From a virus: DNA of 64,000 nucleotides. The stretch lies in the IMG/VR virus record IMGVR_UViG_3300045988_129434; one strand, written 5' to 3'. The notes under the pieces were generated by a model. That model was not told the origin of the DNA, did not search any database, and saw only the letters and a list, made by a program, of their open reading frames with translations. The position numbers and the translations under genes were made by a program. Positions 14,901 to 22,571 of this stretch are shown here, in pieces (positions within the stretch are counted from its first letter, which is position 1; each line of letters opens with the position of its first letter).

Positions 14901-14928
14901 TGGCCGGGAGGGTATAAAAATCAAAATA

Positions 14929-15078
14929 ATGGACGATAAAGAAAAATACTGTGAAATCTGTAAATGGCATGACGATTTCAGTTGGGTATGCTTTAATGGA
15001 GAGTCAGAAAAGCGCGCCGATTTTACTAATAATGATGATTGTTGTATAGAATGGGAAAGTAGGGAGGATAAGTCATGA
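14929..15078 (+). CDS. small Cys-rich protein (49 aa)
   Basis: MDDKEKYCEICKWHDDFSWVCFNG..DDCCIEW; ORF track 14887..15078. Confidence 0.5.
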   Translation: MDDKEKYCEICKWHDDFSWVCFNGESEKRADFTNNDDCCIEWESREDKS

Positions 15079-15452
15079 GAAAAGAAGAATTGAAGGATTG
15101 GACAAGGGATAGGCTGAAAAACGAGATAATTAGATTAGATAGAGAAAATACTGACTTGCAGAATAGCTACATGAAACTTTACAATGATGCCAAAGATGAA
15201 ATTCGTAGCTTGAAAGATGAGAAAGAGAAGTTAATGACGGTGAACAAAGCCATCAAACAGCGAATTAAAGATTTAGAAGATATCTGTGATGGTAGTTGTT
15301 TTTCTGATGAAGAAGATGAGCGAGATAACTTGATCTCCAAATTGCAAGACCAACACCAGCAGGATTGTATCAGGATAAACGATTTGACAACGACAATTCA
15401 TGTGCTGTCTGGACTGTATTCAACACTTAGAAAAACTGTGGGGATGGACTGA
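15075..15452 (+). CDS. coiled-coil protein (125 aa)
   Basis: ORF track; ATGA coupling; heptad-like K/E/L-rich sequence. Confidence 0.65.
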   Translation: MRKEELKDWTRDRLKNEIIRLDRENTDLQNSYMKLYNDAKDEIRSLKDEKEKLMTVNKAIKQRIKDLEDICDGSCFSDEEDERDNLISKLQDQHQQDCIRINDLTTTIHVLSGLYSTLRKTVGMD

Positions 15453-15829
15453 TGGATTTTAGTTTAGCTATAGCTTTTGTTGGCGGAATTTTCGGCGGAA
15501 CGTTTTTCCGTTTAGCTTCAGAATATTTTGAAAGGAAAATTTCGGAGACAGAGAGCAAGTCGGAAGATATAAGCGATGAAGAACAAAGTTTATTATCTCA
15601 ATATCGGTATGCAATAGCAAGAGTATACGAGAATAAAAGTGATGATGGCTTTCCAATAATTACAATCAAGCCTATTTCTACGTGTGAAGATGAAAAAGAA
15701 GCAGTAAACGGGGCAAGAGAACAGCGTAAATATGAACGAGAAGTGATTAGGACAAATTCTACTTGCGATTTAAAGAATTATTGGAAACCAGATAATATCA
15801 GAGCAATTAAGATTTATGAGGTGGATTGA
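15452..15829 (+). CDS. hypothetical protein with N-terminal TM segment
   Basis: ORF track; FSLAIAFVGGIFGGTFF. Confidence 0.6.
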   Translation: MDFSLAIAFVGGIFGGTFFRLASEYFERKISETESKSEDISDEEQSLLSQYRYAIARVYENKSDDGFPIITIKPISTCEDEKEAVNGAREQRKYEREVIRTNSTCDLKNYWKPDNIRAIKIYEVD

Positions 15830-16035
15830 TGGAAGATAGAAAAAATTATATAAACATACCATCGGGAGCGAAAATAAATGCCAAGTTTGCCGAAAGAGAA
15901 GTAACAGGCGAATTAAAAATCGGAAACCGAACATTTAATGTGTACTTAGGAAATATGGAGATATGTAACACTGAAGTGTTTCCGTTCATTGGAAAAGAAC
16001 AGTTAAAACATAAGTTCATTTTGATTGAGGTATAA
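15826..16035 (+). CDS. hypothetical protein (69 aa)
   Basis: ORF track; ATGA coupling. Confidence 0.55.
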   Translation: MMEDRKNYINIPSGAKINAKFAEREVTGELKIGNRTFNVYLGNMEICNTEVFPFIGKEQLKHKFILIEV

Positions 16036-16041
16036 ATAATC

Positions 16042-16269
16042 ATGAGCGAATACCGAGCAATCTATAAATGCCGCCTGTGCGGGGAAGAGTTTGAAGAAGG
16101 AGAAACAGGTGATCTTATTGCTATAGCTTGCACAGTGGCTTTGACCGTAAAGGAATCAACGGAAAATGTGCGTTATGAAAGAAATCTACGTAGATATATG
16201 CCACATAATTGCAAAGACGGCTCTTATGGATTCGCGGATTTTTGCGGGTTTAAGAAAGTGAGGGAATGA
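16042..16269 (+). CDS. zinc-ribbon-like protein (75 aa)
   Basis: CRLCGEEF...HNCKDG. Confidence 0.6.
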   Translation: MSEYRAIYKCRLCGEEFEEGETGDLIAIACTVALTVKESTENVRYERNLRRYMPHNCKDGSYGFADFCGFKKVRE

Positions 16270-16757
16270 TTATGCCACCAAAAGAATATGAAAAAGGACA
16301 GCTGTTCTTTGCAATAGGCGGTGAGCGTTGGGAACCGCTTGTGCCGATTGGCGATGATAGTGTTGAGATGATAGAGACTTCTGATTTGGAGGAATATTTA
16401 TCGCACAGCCTCAGTGAAAACAGGGAACTTGAAATGACTTTTGACATGGACAAGGAAACCGCACGAAAGTTCCATGCCATGTTGCTTCCTAAACATGGAG
16501 ACAAGCTGACCTTAGAAACTTCCTGTATTTGTGACGGAACGCTTGCGTTTGGCGTTCATCTTATGCAGAAATTAGCGAAAATGGGAGCGACTAATATCAA
16601 ACTGAGAAGCGAAGAAGTAGAAAACCCTAATCCAGCATGGATGAAAACAAGATTTATTGCTACGGGGATTATCTGGAACACGAATAATTTCAGGAAGTTG
16701 CATGGAATCCCGATGAGAAGGAGATATAAGTGTACAAAATTGACTGGGCATATTTGA
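16266..16757 (+). CDS. hypothetical protein (163 aa) with C-terminal NNFRKLHGIPMRRR motif
   Basis: ORF track; ATGA coupling. Confidence 0.65.
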   Translation: MIMPPKEYEKGQLFFAIGGERWEPLVPIGDDSVEMIETSDLEEYLSHSLSENRELEMTFDMDKETARKFHAMLLPKHGDKLTLETSCICDGTLAFGVHLMQKLAKMGATNIKLRSEEVENPNPAWMKTRFIATGIIWNTNNFRKLHGIPMRRRYKCTKLTGHI

Positions 16758-16984
16758 AATATCCAGAACATTCTTACGGTAGAGTTCAGGGAAGAAGAAA
16801 TGAAGCGTGGAAATTGGCAAGCAGAATATATAAATTTCCTTTAGAAGAGTTGAGCGGTGGGGTAAAGCAGCTTATGTACGTAAATGCTTATATTCAAATT
16901 GCTATGGGAGAAGCGGATAGAATTTCTTGTAATAATTGGAGAAGGCTTCATGGGATTCCGATGAAACGGAGGAGCAGGAAATGA
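16730..16984 (+). CDS. hypothetical protein (84 aa) with C-terminal NNWRRLHGIPMKRR motif
   Basis: GTG start after AGAAGGAG; ORF track. Confidence 0.55.
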   Translation: MYKIDWAYLKYPEHSYGRVQGRRNEAWKLASRIYKFPLEELSGGVKQLMYVNAYIQIAMGEADRISCNNWRRLHGIPMKRRSRK

Positions 16985-17322
16985 ATCTGATTGAGAAATG
17001 GAAGAACCGGGAAACTAAGAAAAGCCTGCGGGAAGAAAATATACGGTTAAAGGCGCAGATGGAAATGTTACATAGAGTAAAGCCGCCGGTCTGTACAGTT
17101 GAAAGAAATGTACAGGCAGTAAGAACGTCATTTGAAGTCAATCGGTGGGAAAGAGATATGCCTGTAGAATATATAAAAAGTGAGTGTGTCCGTCAGATGG
17201 TCGATTACCTAAAATCATTTATTAGCTATGACTTCAAGGATATTAGGGAAACAGGCGGAAGGAGATATACCGGAACATTATATGTTACAATGGGGGATAA
17301 ACGATATGAAAGTTCTAATTAA
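16981..17322 (+). CDS. hypothetical protein (113 aa)
   Basis: ATG 16981 overlaps the upstream TGA; GGAGG RBS. Confidence 0.6.
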   Translation: MNLIEKWKNRETKKSLREENIRLKAQMEMLHRVKPPVCTVERNVQAVRTSFEVNRWERDMPVEYIKSECVRQMVDYLKSFISYDFKDIRETGGRRYTGTLYVTMGDKRYESSN

Positions 17323-17533
17323 CGATCATATTTATGAAATGGGTAGGAAAGGGTTCAGGAGTGTTCTTACTATAGCAAAACAGGCTGTACCGTTTGGGAT
17401 ATATGCAGTAAGTAAAGATGAGTTTTGTGAAATGAAAAAAGAAACCTTTCGGACATGGAAAGAAATGAATAAACGGATTGTAGAGTATCAGAAACAGGGA
17501 TTTAGGGTGTATTTCAACGGGGAGAAGAAATGA
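17306..17533 (+). CDS. hypothetical protein (75 aa)
   Basis: Internal ATG 17306 of track ORF 17228..17533. Confidence 0.55.
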   Translation: MKVLINDHIYEMGRKGFRSVLTIAKQAVPFGIYAVSKDEFCEMKKETFRTWKEMNKRIVEYQKQGFRVYFNGEKK

Positions 17534-17733
17534 AGATAGAAGGATTTGAATTGTTTATTGAAAATCATTGCTCTTACTGTCCGAACTTTGAACCGGAGGT
17601 AGAGCAGATTGAAATCACATCGTATGGTGAAGCACCACGATATATCAATAATATCCGATGCGTGAACAGTAGAAAATGCGATAGAATTGTAGAGAATTTG
17701 GAGAATCGTATCAGTGGGAAAAGCAAAGCGTAA
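17530..17733 (+). CDS. hypothetical Cys-containing protein (67 aa)
   Basis: ORF track; ATGA coupling. Confidence 0.55.
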   Translation: MKIEGFELFIENHCSYCPNFEPEVEQIEITSYGEAPRYINNIRCVNSRKCDRIVENLENRISGKSKA

Positions 17734-17870
17734 ACCAAGATCACAACCACCAAAATGATATTGGTGAGATAGTGATAATTGCTGGGATTGCAAAAATCGG
17801 AATAACTGTAATCAGTGTAAGAGAATGAAGCGGTAGAAGGTTTATGAACGTGAAAAGAGGGAGAGAAAAT

Positions 17871-18041
17871 ATGGCAGATATGAATGACTATATTAAGGCA
17901 CTTTTTGGCGCATTAAATGTGCTTCATGCTGAAAATATGTTTATTATGGCTACTATAACCGATAAAGATATTGATGACCCATATATTAAGAATATGGACG
18001 AGATGTTTAATAAGGCAATCCAGGGAGTTATGAAGAAATGA
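17871..18041 (+). CDS. hypothetical protein (56 aa)
   Basis: GAGGGAG RBS before ATG 17871. Confidence 0.55.
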   Translation: MADMNDYIKALFGALNVLHAENMFIMATITDKDIDDPYIKNMDEMFNKAIQGVMKK

Positions 18042-18289
18042 GTATCACAGACGCAATAAAAGACATGGAGAAGCACATGGGAGTGGATTTTAGTGAGTAT
18101 TTGAACGAGCCATTACCTCACAACGGACAAGCATACATACAGAGGGATTACAAGACGGGAACAGACTATATCTGTTGTCCTTTCTGCGGCAAGAAGAACT
18201 TCCCATTAACGCCGGGAGCGCATATTACAGGGCAGAAGTTTAAATGTAAGGGCAGCAACTGTAAACAAATTTTTGAGGTGAATATATGA
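18038..18289 (+). CDS. zinc-ribbon protein (83 aa)
   Basis: CCPFCGKK...KCKGSNC. Confidence 0.6.
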   Translation: MSITDAIKDMEKHMGVDFSEYLNEPLPHNGQAYIQRDYKTGTDYICCPFCGKKNFPLTPGAHITGQKFKCKGSNCKQIFEVNI

Positions 18290-18375
18290 AACCACTAGAA
18301 AGAATATTTTTTGAAGCGTGTTTGCACGAATAAGTAACTTCTAGCGATTTAAGCCAAAGAGAATTTTCGGTTCGT

Positions 18376-18687
18376 GTGATTGGAAACATATTTTCAAGAC
18401 TTGGATTTCCATATAAGCAACTTATGTATTATGTTGAGAAATGGTCCAATAGAGGTTTTTATGATTATGGTGTTACACTTGATTTAGGATGGTTTTATAC
18501 CGATAAACTTTCTGGAGAATATAAGAAAGTGTATGACGAAATGCGTAATAGGACAATAGATTATTGGGGCGAACAGGAATTTTCAAAGTATATTTTCAAA
18601 GAATCTAATAGAGAAAGAGTAACAAATTATTTCATTCGCAACTACTATGGGATTGGGGAAGATGAGAAATTCTTCGGTGAGGGTTGA
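18376..18687 (+). CDS. hypothetical protein; frame is open upstream to an ATG at 18286 except for one TAA (18331-18333)
   Basis: GTG 18376 has no RBS; ATG 18286 is coupled (ATGA) to the upstream gene. Confidence 0.5.
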   Translation: MIGNIFSRLGFPYKQLMYYVEKWSNRGFYDYGVTLDLGWFYTDKLSGEYKKVYDEMRNRTIDYWGEQEFSKYIFKESNRERVTNYFIRNYYGIGEDEKFFGEG

Positions 18688-18694
18688 GTGCCAT

Positions 18695-18946
18695 ATGAAC
18701 TGTTATGATTGCAAATTTTATAATACAGATTATGAATTTGATGGAGAAGATGAATATGAAATAGGTATTTGCGAAGTCGGACACAATGAATACCTTAATT
18801 CTGATGAAGAATGTCCATATTTCAAAAAGTACCTTCAGAAAAAATATGTTGAAACAGATACAGAATGTGATGTATGCGAATATCTTTTTGATTGCATGAA
18901 GCTGATTTGGCAGCACATTAAAGGGTGGTGTGAACATGAATCATAA
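18695..18946 (+). CDS. Cys-rich acidic protein (83 aa)
   Basis: MNCYDCKFY...CEVGH..ECPYF..CDVCEYLFDC. Confidence 0.55.
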   Translation: MNCYDCKFYNTDYEFDGEDEYEIGICEVGHNEYLNSDEECPYFKKYLQKKYVETDTECDVCEYLFDCMKLIWQHIKGWCEHES

Positions 18947-20099
18947 TTCAAAATTATGTTGCTTCATAAATAAAAATGAAAATTGGAGAGAACTCCTTCA
19001 AAACGAATATAAGATAAACGTGAAAGAAGAATATCCGTTTGCAATATTCAACTATGGTATAGATAGCGATTTTTCAGATCTGATTGTGCAGGAGGCAAGA
19101 GGAATCATTATAGACCTTGAAAATCTGGAGGTAGTTTGTTGGCCGTTTAGAAAGTTCGGAAATTATAACGAAAATTACGCAGACAATATTGATTGGAATA
19201 CTGCCAGAGTGCAGGATAAAATTGATGGAAGTATTATTAAACTGTGGTGGAATAGAACAACAGGAAAGTGGCAATTATCTACAAACAGAACGATAAATGC
19301 GGGAACAGCACTTGCAAATCAAATGACGCAAGAAACATTTCTTGATGTGATAAGGAAAGCGGATAACTATAACGAAATTGCTTTGAAATTACCGATTTTC
19401 AATAAGGATTATACTTTTATTTTTGAACTGGTCAGTCCAGAAACGCAGGTGGTTGTAAAATATCCTAAACCATATCTATATCATATCGGAACGAGAAATA
19501 ATATTAGTGGTATGGAGGAGGATTCGGATATAGGAATCGAAAAGCCAAAAGAATATTTATTAAGAACTCTTGATGATTGTCTAATTGCCGCAAATGAACT
19601 TAATAAGGCTAATGATGGACAGGTTCACGGTGTAAAGAAAGAGGGTTTTGTAGTTGTAGATGAGAACTGGAATAGGATAAAGATAAAATCGCCAGATTAT
19701 TTAATGCTCCATAGAATGTCGGCCAATGCAAACTTTTCTAAAGAGAGAATCGTTGGAATGATACGGGATGGAACTGTGAGCGTTCGGGATATATGTAATG
19801 TTTTTCCGAACTTTGCTCATTATTTTAAATTCTATGATTTCAAAATATCAGAGCTGGAATATCAGGCAAAATTGTTTTGCGATTTGGTTGACAGAATTTA
19901 TGAAGAGTATAGTCACGAGAGGAAAGCAGTCGCTAACATCATAAAGAAACACAGATTGGCCGGATTAGGATTTAAACACTTAGATAGCGGAAAATCTGGA
20001 TATGAATTACTGGGAGAAATGCCGTTATCGCAATATTGCAAATATATTCCAGATTACCAACCGGAGAGATTAAGCGAATTGTTTTATAGGAACAAATAA
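18936..20099 (+). CDS. ATP-dependent RNA ligase, T4 RnlA (Rnl1) family
   Basis: Motif I QDKIDGS; FIFELVSPETQVVVKY and EGFVVVDENWNRIKIKSPDYLMLH parallel T4 Rnl1 ANFEFVAPTNRIV and EGYVAV..FKIKSDWYVSLH (from memory). Confidence 0.75.
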   Translation: MNHNSKLCCFINKNENWRELLQNEYKINVKEEYPFAIFNYGIDSDFSDLIVQEARGIIIDLENLEVVCWPFRKFGNYNENYADNIDWNTARVQDKIDGSIIKLWWNRTTGKWQLSTNRTINAGTALANQMTQETFLDVIRKADNYNEIALKLPIFNKDYTFIFELVSPETQVVVKYPKPYLYHIGTRNNISGMEEDSDIGIEKPKEYLLRTLDDCLIAANELNKANDGQVHGVKKEGFVVVDENWNRIKIKSPDYLMLHRMSANANFSKERIVGMIRDGTVSVRDICNVFPNFAHYFKFYDFKISELEYQAKLFCDLVDRIYEEYSHERKAVANIIKKHRLAGLGFKHLDSGKSGYELLGEMPLSQYCKYIPDYQPERLSELFYRNK

Positions 20100-20170
20100 A
20101 ATATCGTAGAGAGCCAAGCACAAGCGGAGAGCCAAATTTCTTACTAAGTAGGGAAGGAGGCTCTTTTGTT

Positions 20171-21880
20171 TTGCGAGAAGGAACGCTTGAATGGTACAAA
20201 AAAATTTTTTCGGAAATCTTAAAAGACGACATGACACAATACCAAAACCAAATAGATAGCTGGCAGCTTCTTTTGAATATGAAGCAAGATTTAGGTTTTG
20301 AGGATAAAGAAATCCGTGATTACGCTATGAAGATCAGCCAGTACACACATAAGATGGCCGACTATGTAGCAGGGCAGACGGGAAGCGGAAAGTTTAACGA
20401 TTTGTACTATAAGTTGTTATTGTTGGAAGCTCAAAATTATCAAGTGGATAGCGGACTTCTATATCTGGAAAAGAATAGAGTTCCCAAGGAACGATTTTAT
20501 GAGCCGCGCCGAGAGGTTTTTATAAAGCACCAAATTATCCAGTCATTACAGGATTTGATGGATGATAAACTTGATATTTTTGCTTTGAGCGTTCCACCGG
20601 GTTGTGGTAAATCAACTCTGGAAGATTTTTTCTTATCCCTTGTTGGTGGATGGTTCCCAAATGATTTTAACCTATCCTCAGCGCATAGTAGCATTTTGAC
20701 CCGTTCCCTTTATGATGGCGTATTGGAAATTATAAATGACCCGGTAGAGTATACATGGCATGAAATATTTCCTAATGTAAAGCTGACTGGAACAAATGCT
20801 AAGGAAACCACAGTAAACCTCGAAAGGAATGGGCGATTTAAAACATGGACTTTTCGTTCCATAGATGGTTCGTTGACGGGAGCCACAAGATGTAATCGTT
20901 TTTTGACAGCAGATGACTTGGTATCTGGAATTGAAGAAGCACTGAACAAGTCACGCCTGGAAACACTTTGGACAAAGGTTGTGAATGATCTTCGTTCCAG
21001 ACGACTTGAAGGGTGTAAAGAAATCTATATTGCCACAAGATGGTCTGTCCATGACCCGATTGGAAAACTACAACAGCTATATGAAGGAAATCCCAAAGCC
21101 AGATTTATTGCGGTTCCGGCTTTGAACGAAGATGGCGAGAGTAACTTCATGTTTGCGGTGAATGGATTTTCAAAGAAATACTTCATGGACGCTAAGGAAT
21201 CTATGGATGATCTATCCTTTAAATGCCTGTATCAGCAACAGCCGATTGAGCGAGAGGGATTACTATTTCCTACAGATGAACTGCGCCGCTTTTTCTTCAA
21301 TCGGGAGCAAGTACCGGAAAAGCAGACAGAGTTTATTATTATGCCAGAGCGGACGCCTGATGCTATATGGGCGGTGTGCGATACAAAGGATACAGGAGCG
21401 GATTTTGAATCTTTACCGATTGCATATCAATTTGGAGAAGATTTTTTTATACCGGATGTAGTATTTGATGACACAACAGATTATGACACATTGGATATGA
21501 AATCCGCTAATATTTTGATTCGACACAATCCCCATAAGATAAGGTTTGAATCAAATAGTGCAGGAGGCAGAGTCGCGCATAATGTTCAAAAATTGATAGA
21601 TGGAAAATGTCGAGCACAGATCGAGCCTGAGAGAACACAAGCGAACAAAGAAACCAAAATATTAGTCAATTCTGATTGGATTAAAAAACACTGTATATTT
21701 TTAGACCCAAGTTTATATACGCCAAAATCAGACTATGGTTTGTTCATGGAAAATGTGGTTACATATACAGTCAAAGTTAAGCCGCCACATGATGATGGGC
21801 CAGACTCTCTGGCAATGCTTGCAGAATATGTAGCAAGGCCAGTGCAAAAACCAACAACAATAATCAATAGTCCGATTTGA
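20171..21880 (+). CDS. terL: terminase large subunit
   Basis: 569 aa; Walker A VPPGCGKST; acidic nuclease-half motifs; directly upstream of the portal; TTG start after GGAAGGAGG. Confidence 0.85.
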   Translation: MREGTLEWYKKIFSEILKDDMTQYQNQIDSWQLLLNMKQDLGFEDKEIRDYAMKISQYTHKMADYVAGQTGSGKFNDLYYKLLLLEAQNYQVDSGLLYLEKNRVPKERFYEPRREVFIKHQIIQSLQDLMDDKLDIFALSVPPGCGKSTLEDFFLSLVGGWFPNDFNLSSAHSSILTRSLYDGVLEIINDPVEYTWHEIFPNVKLTGTNAKETTVNLERNGRFKTWTFRSIDGSLTGATRCNRFLTADDLVSGIEEALNKSRLETLWTKVVNDLRSRRLEGCKEIYIATRWSVHDPIGKLQQLYEGNPKARFIAVPALNEDGESNFMFAVNGFSKKYFMDAKESMDDLSFKCLYQQQPIEREGLLFPTDELRRFFFNREQVPEKQTEFIIMPERTPDAIWAVCDTKDTGADFESLPIAYQFGEDFFIPDVVFDDTTDYDTLDMKSANILIRHNPHKIRFESNSAGGRVAHNVQKLIDGKCRAQIEPERTQANKETKILVNSDWIKKHCIFLDPSLYTPKSDYGLFMENVVTYTVKVKPPHDDGPDSLAMLAEYVARPVQKPTTIINSPI

Positions 21881-21898
21881 TTAAGAGGAGTGATATAG

Positions 21899-22312
21899 AT
21901 GGATAAAAGAAAATCAAGTTTAAAAAATTACGGAATTTCTAGTAAGCGTTATAAAGAACTTTGCGGATTTTGTGAGCAATATCCAGAATGGAAGGAAGAA
22001 TTGGCATATAATGTGAATACTGTAAAAAGCCAACAAATAGGTAATGTTTCTTATGGAAGTAAAAATAATATAAGTAATAAGACAGCCGATCTTGCATTGA
22101 AACGAGTGTTTTTGCAAAAAAAAGTGGACTTGATAGAAAAGACAGCTAAGGATGCGGCAGGGGAATTATGGAATGAAATCATTAAATCGGCATGTTATGA
22201 GCAACCGTTCTGGTATCTTAGAGATATTTCAGAAATACCGATCAGTCGGTCAGCTTTTTATGATTATAGGCGGTATTTTTTCTTTTTGTTGAATCAACGA
22301 AAAGATACATAA
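21899..22312 (+). CDS. ArpU/RinA-like late transcriptional regulator (putative)
   Basis: 137 aa; C-terminal IPISRSAFYDYRRYFFFLL resembles the HTH tail of phage late activators; sits just upstream of cassette A. Confidence 0.4.
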   Translation: MDKRKSSLKNYGISSKRYKELCGFCEQYPEWKEELAYNVNTVKSQQIGNVSYGSKNNISNKTADLALKRVFLQKKVDLIEKTAKDAAGELWNEIIKSACYEQPFWYLRDISEIPISRSAFYDYRRYFFFLLNQRKDT

Positions 22313-22314
22313 AA

Positions 22315-22405
22315 ATGAGTACCAACGATGTTTAAAATGATGGTATAATGATATTATCAAATATTACAAATAAAAGAAAGCACTTGGCGAGTCCAGGTGC
22401 TTTTT
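22315..22405 (+). promoter_or_regulatory. late promoter-plus-terminator cassette, copy A
   Basis: ATGAGTACC(22315)-29 nt spacing-TATAAT(22344-22349, with TGG); hairpin AGCACTTGG/CCAGGTGCT plus T5 (22379-22405). Confidence 0.6.
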
Positions 22406-22571
22406 GTTGGAAATTGTAAAAGTGGAAAAAACAAGAGAAAACAGATTGAAAGATTATAGAAGAATAAAAGGAAAGAAATGGGTAGACATACCAACCAAAT
22501 TTGAAAAGCGTGTGTCGGGTTCCGGGGTCCAATTTGGCGGAAAGTATGTAAAAACATAATGGGTGGTAAGA

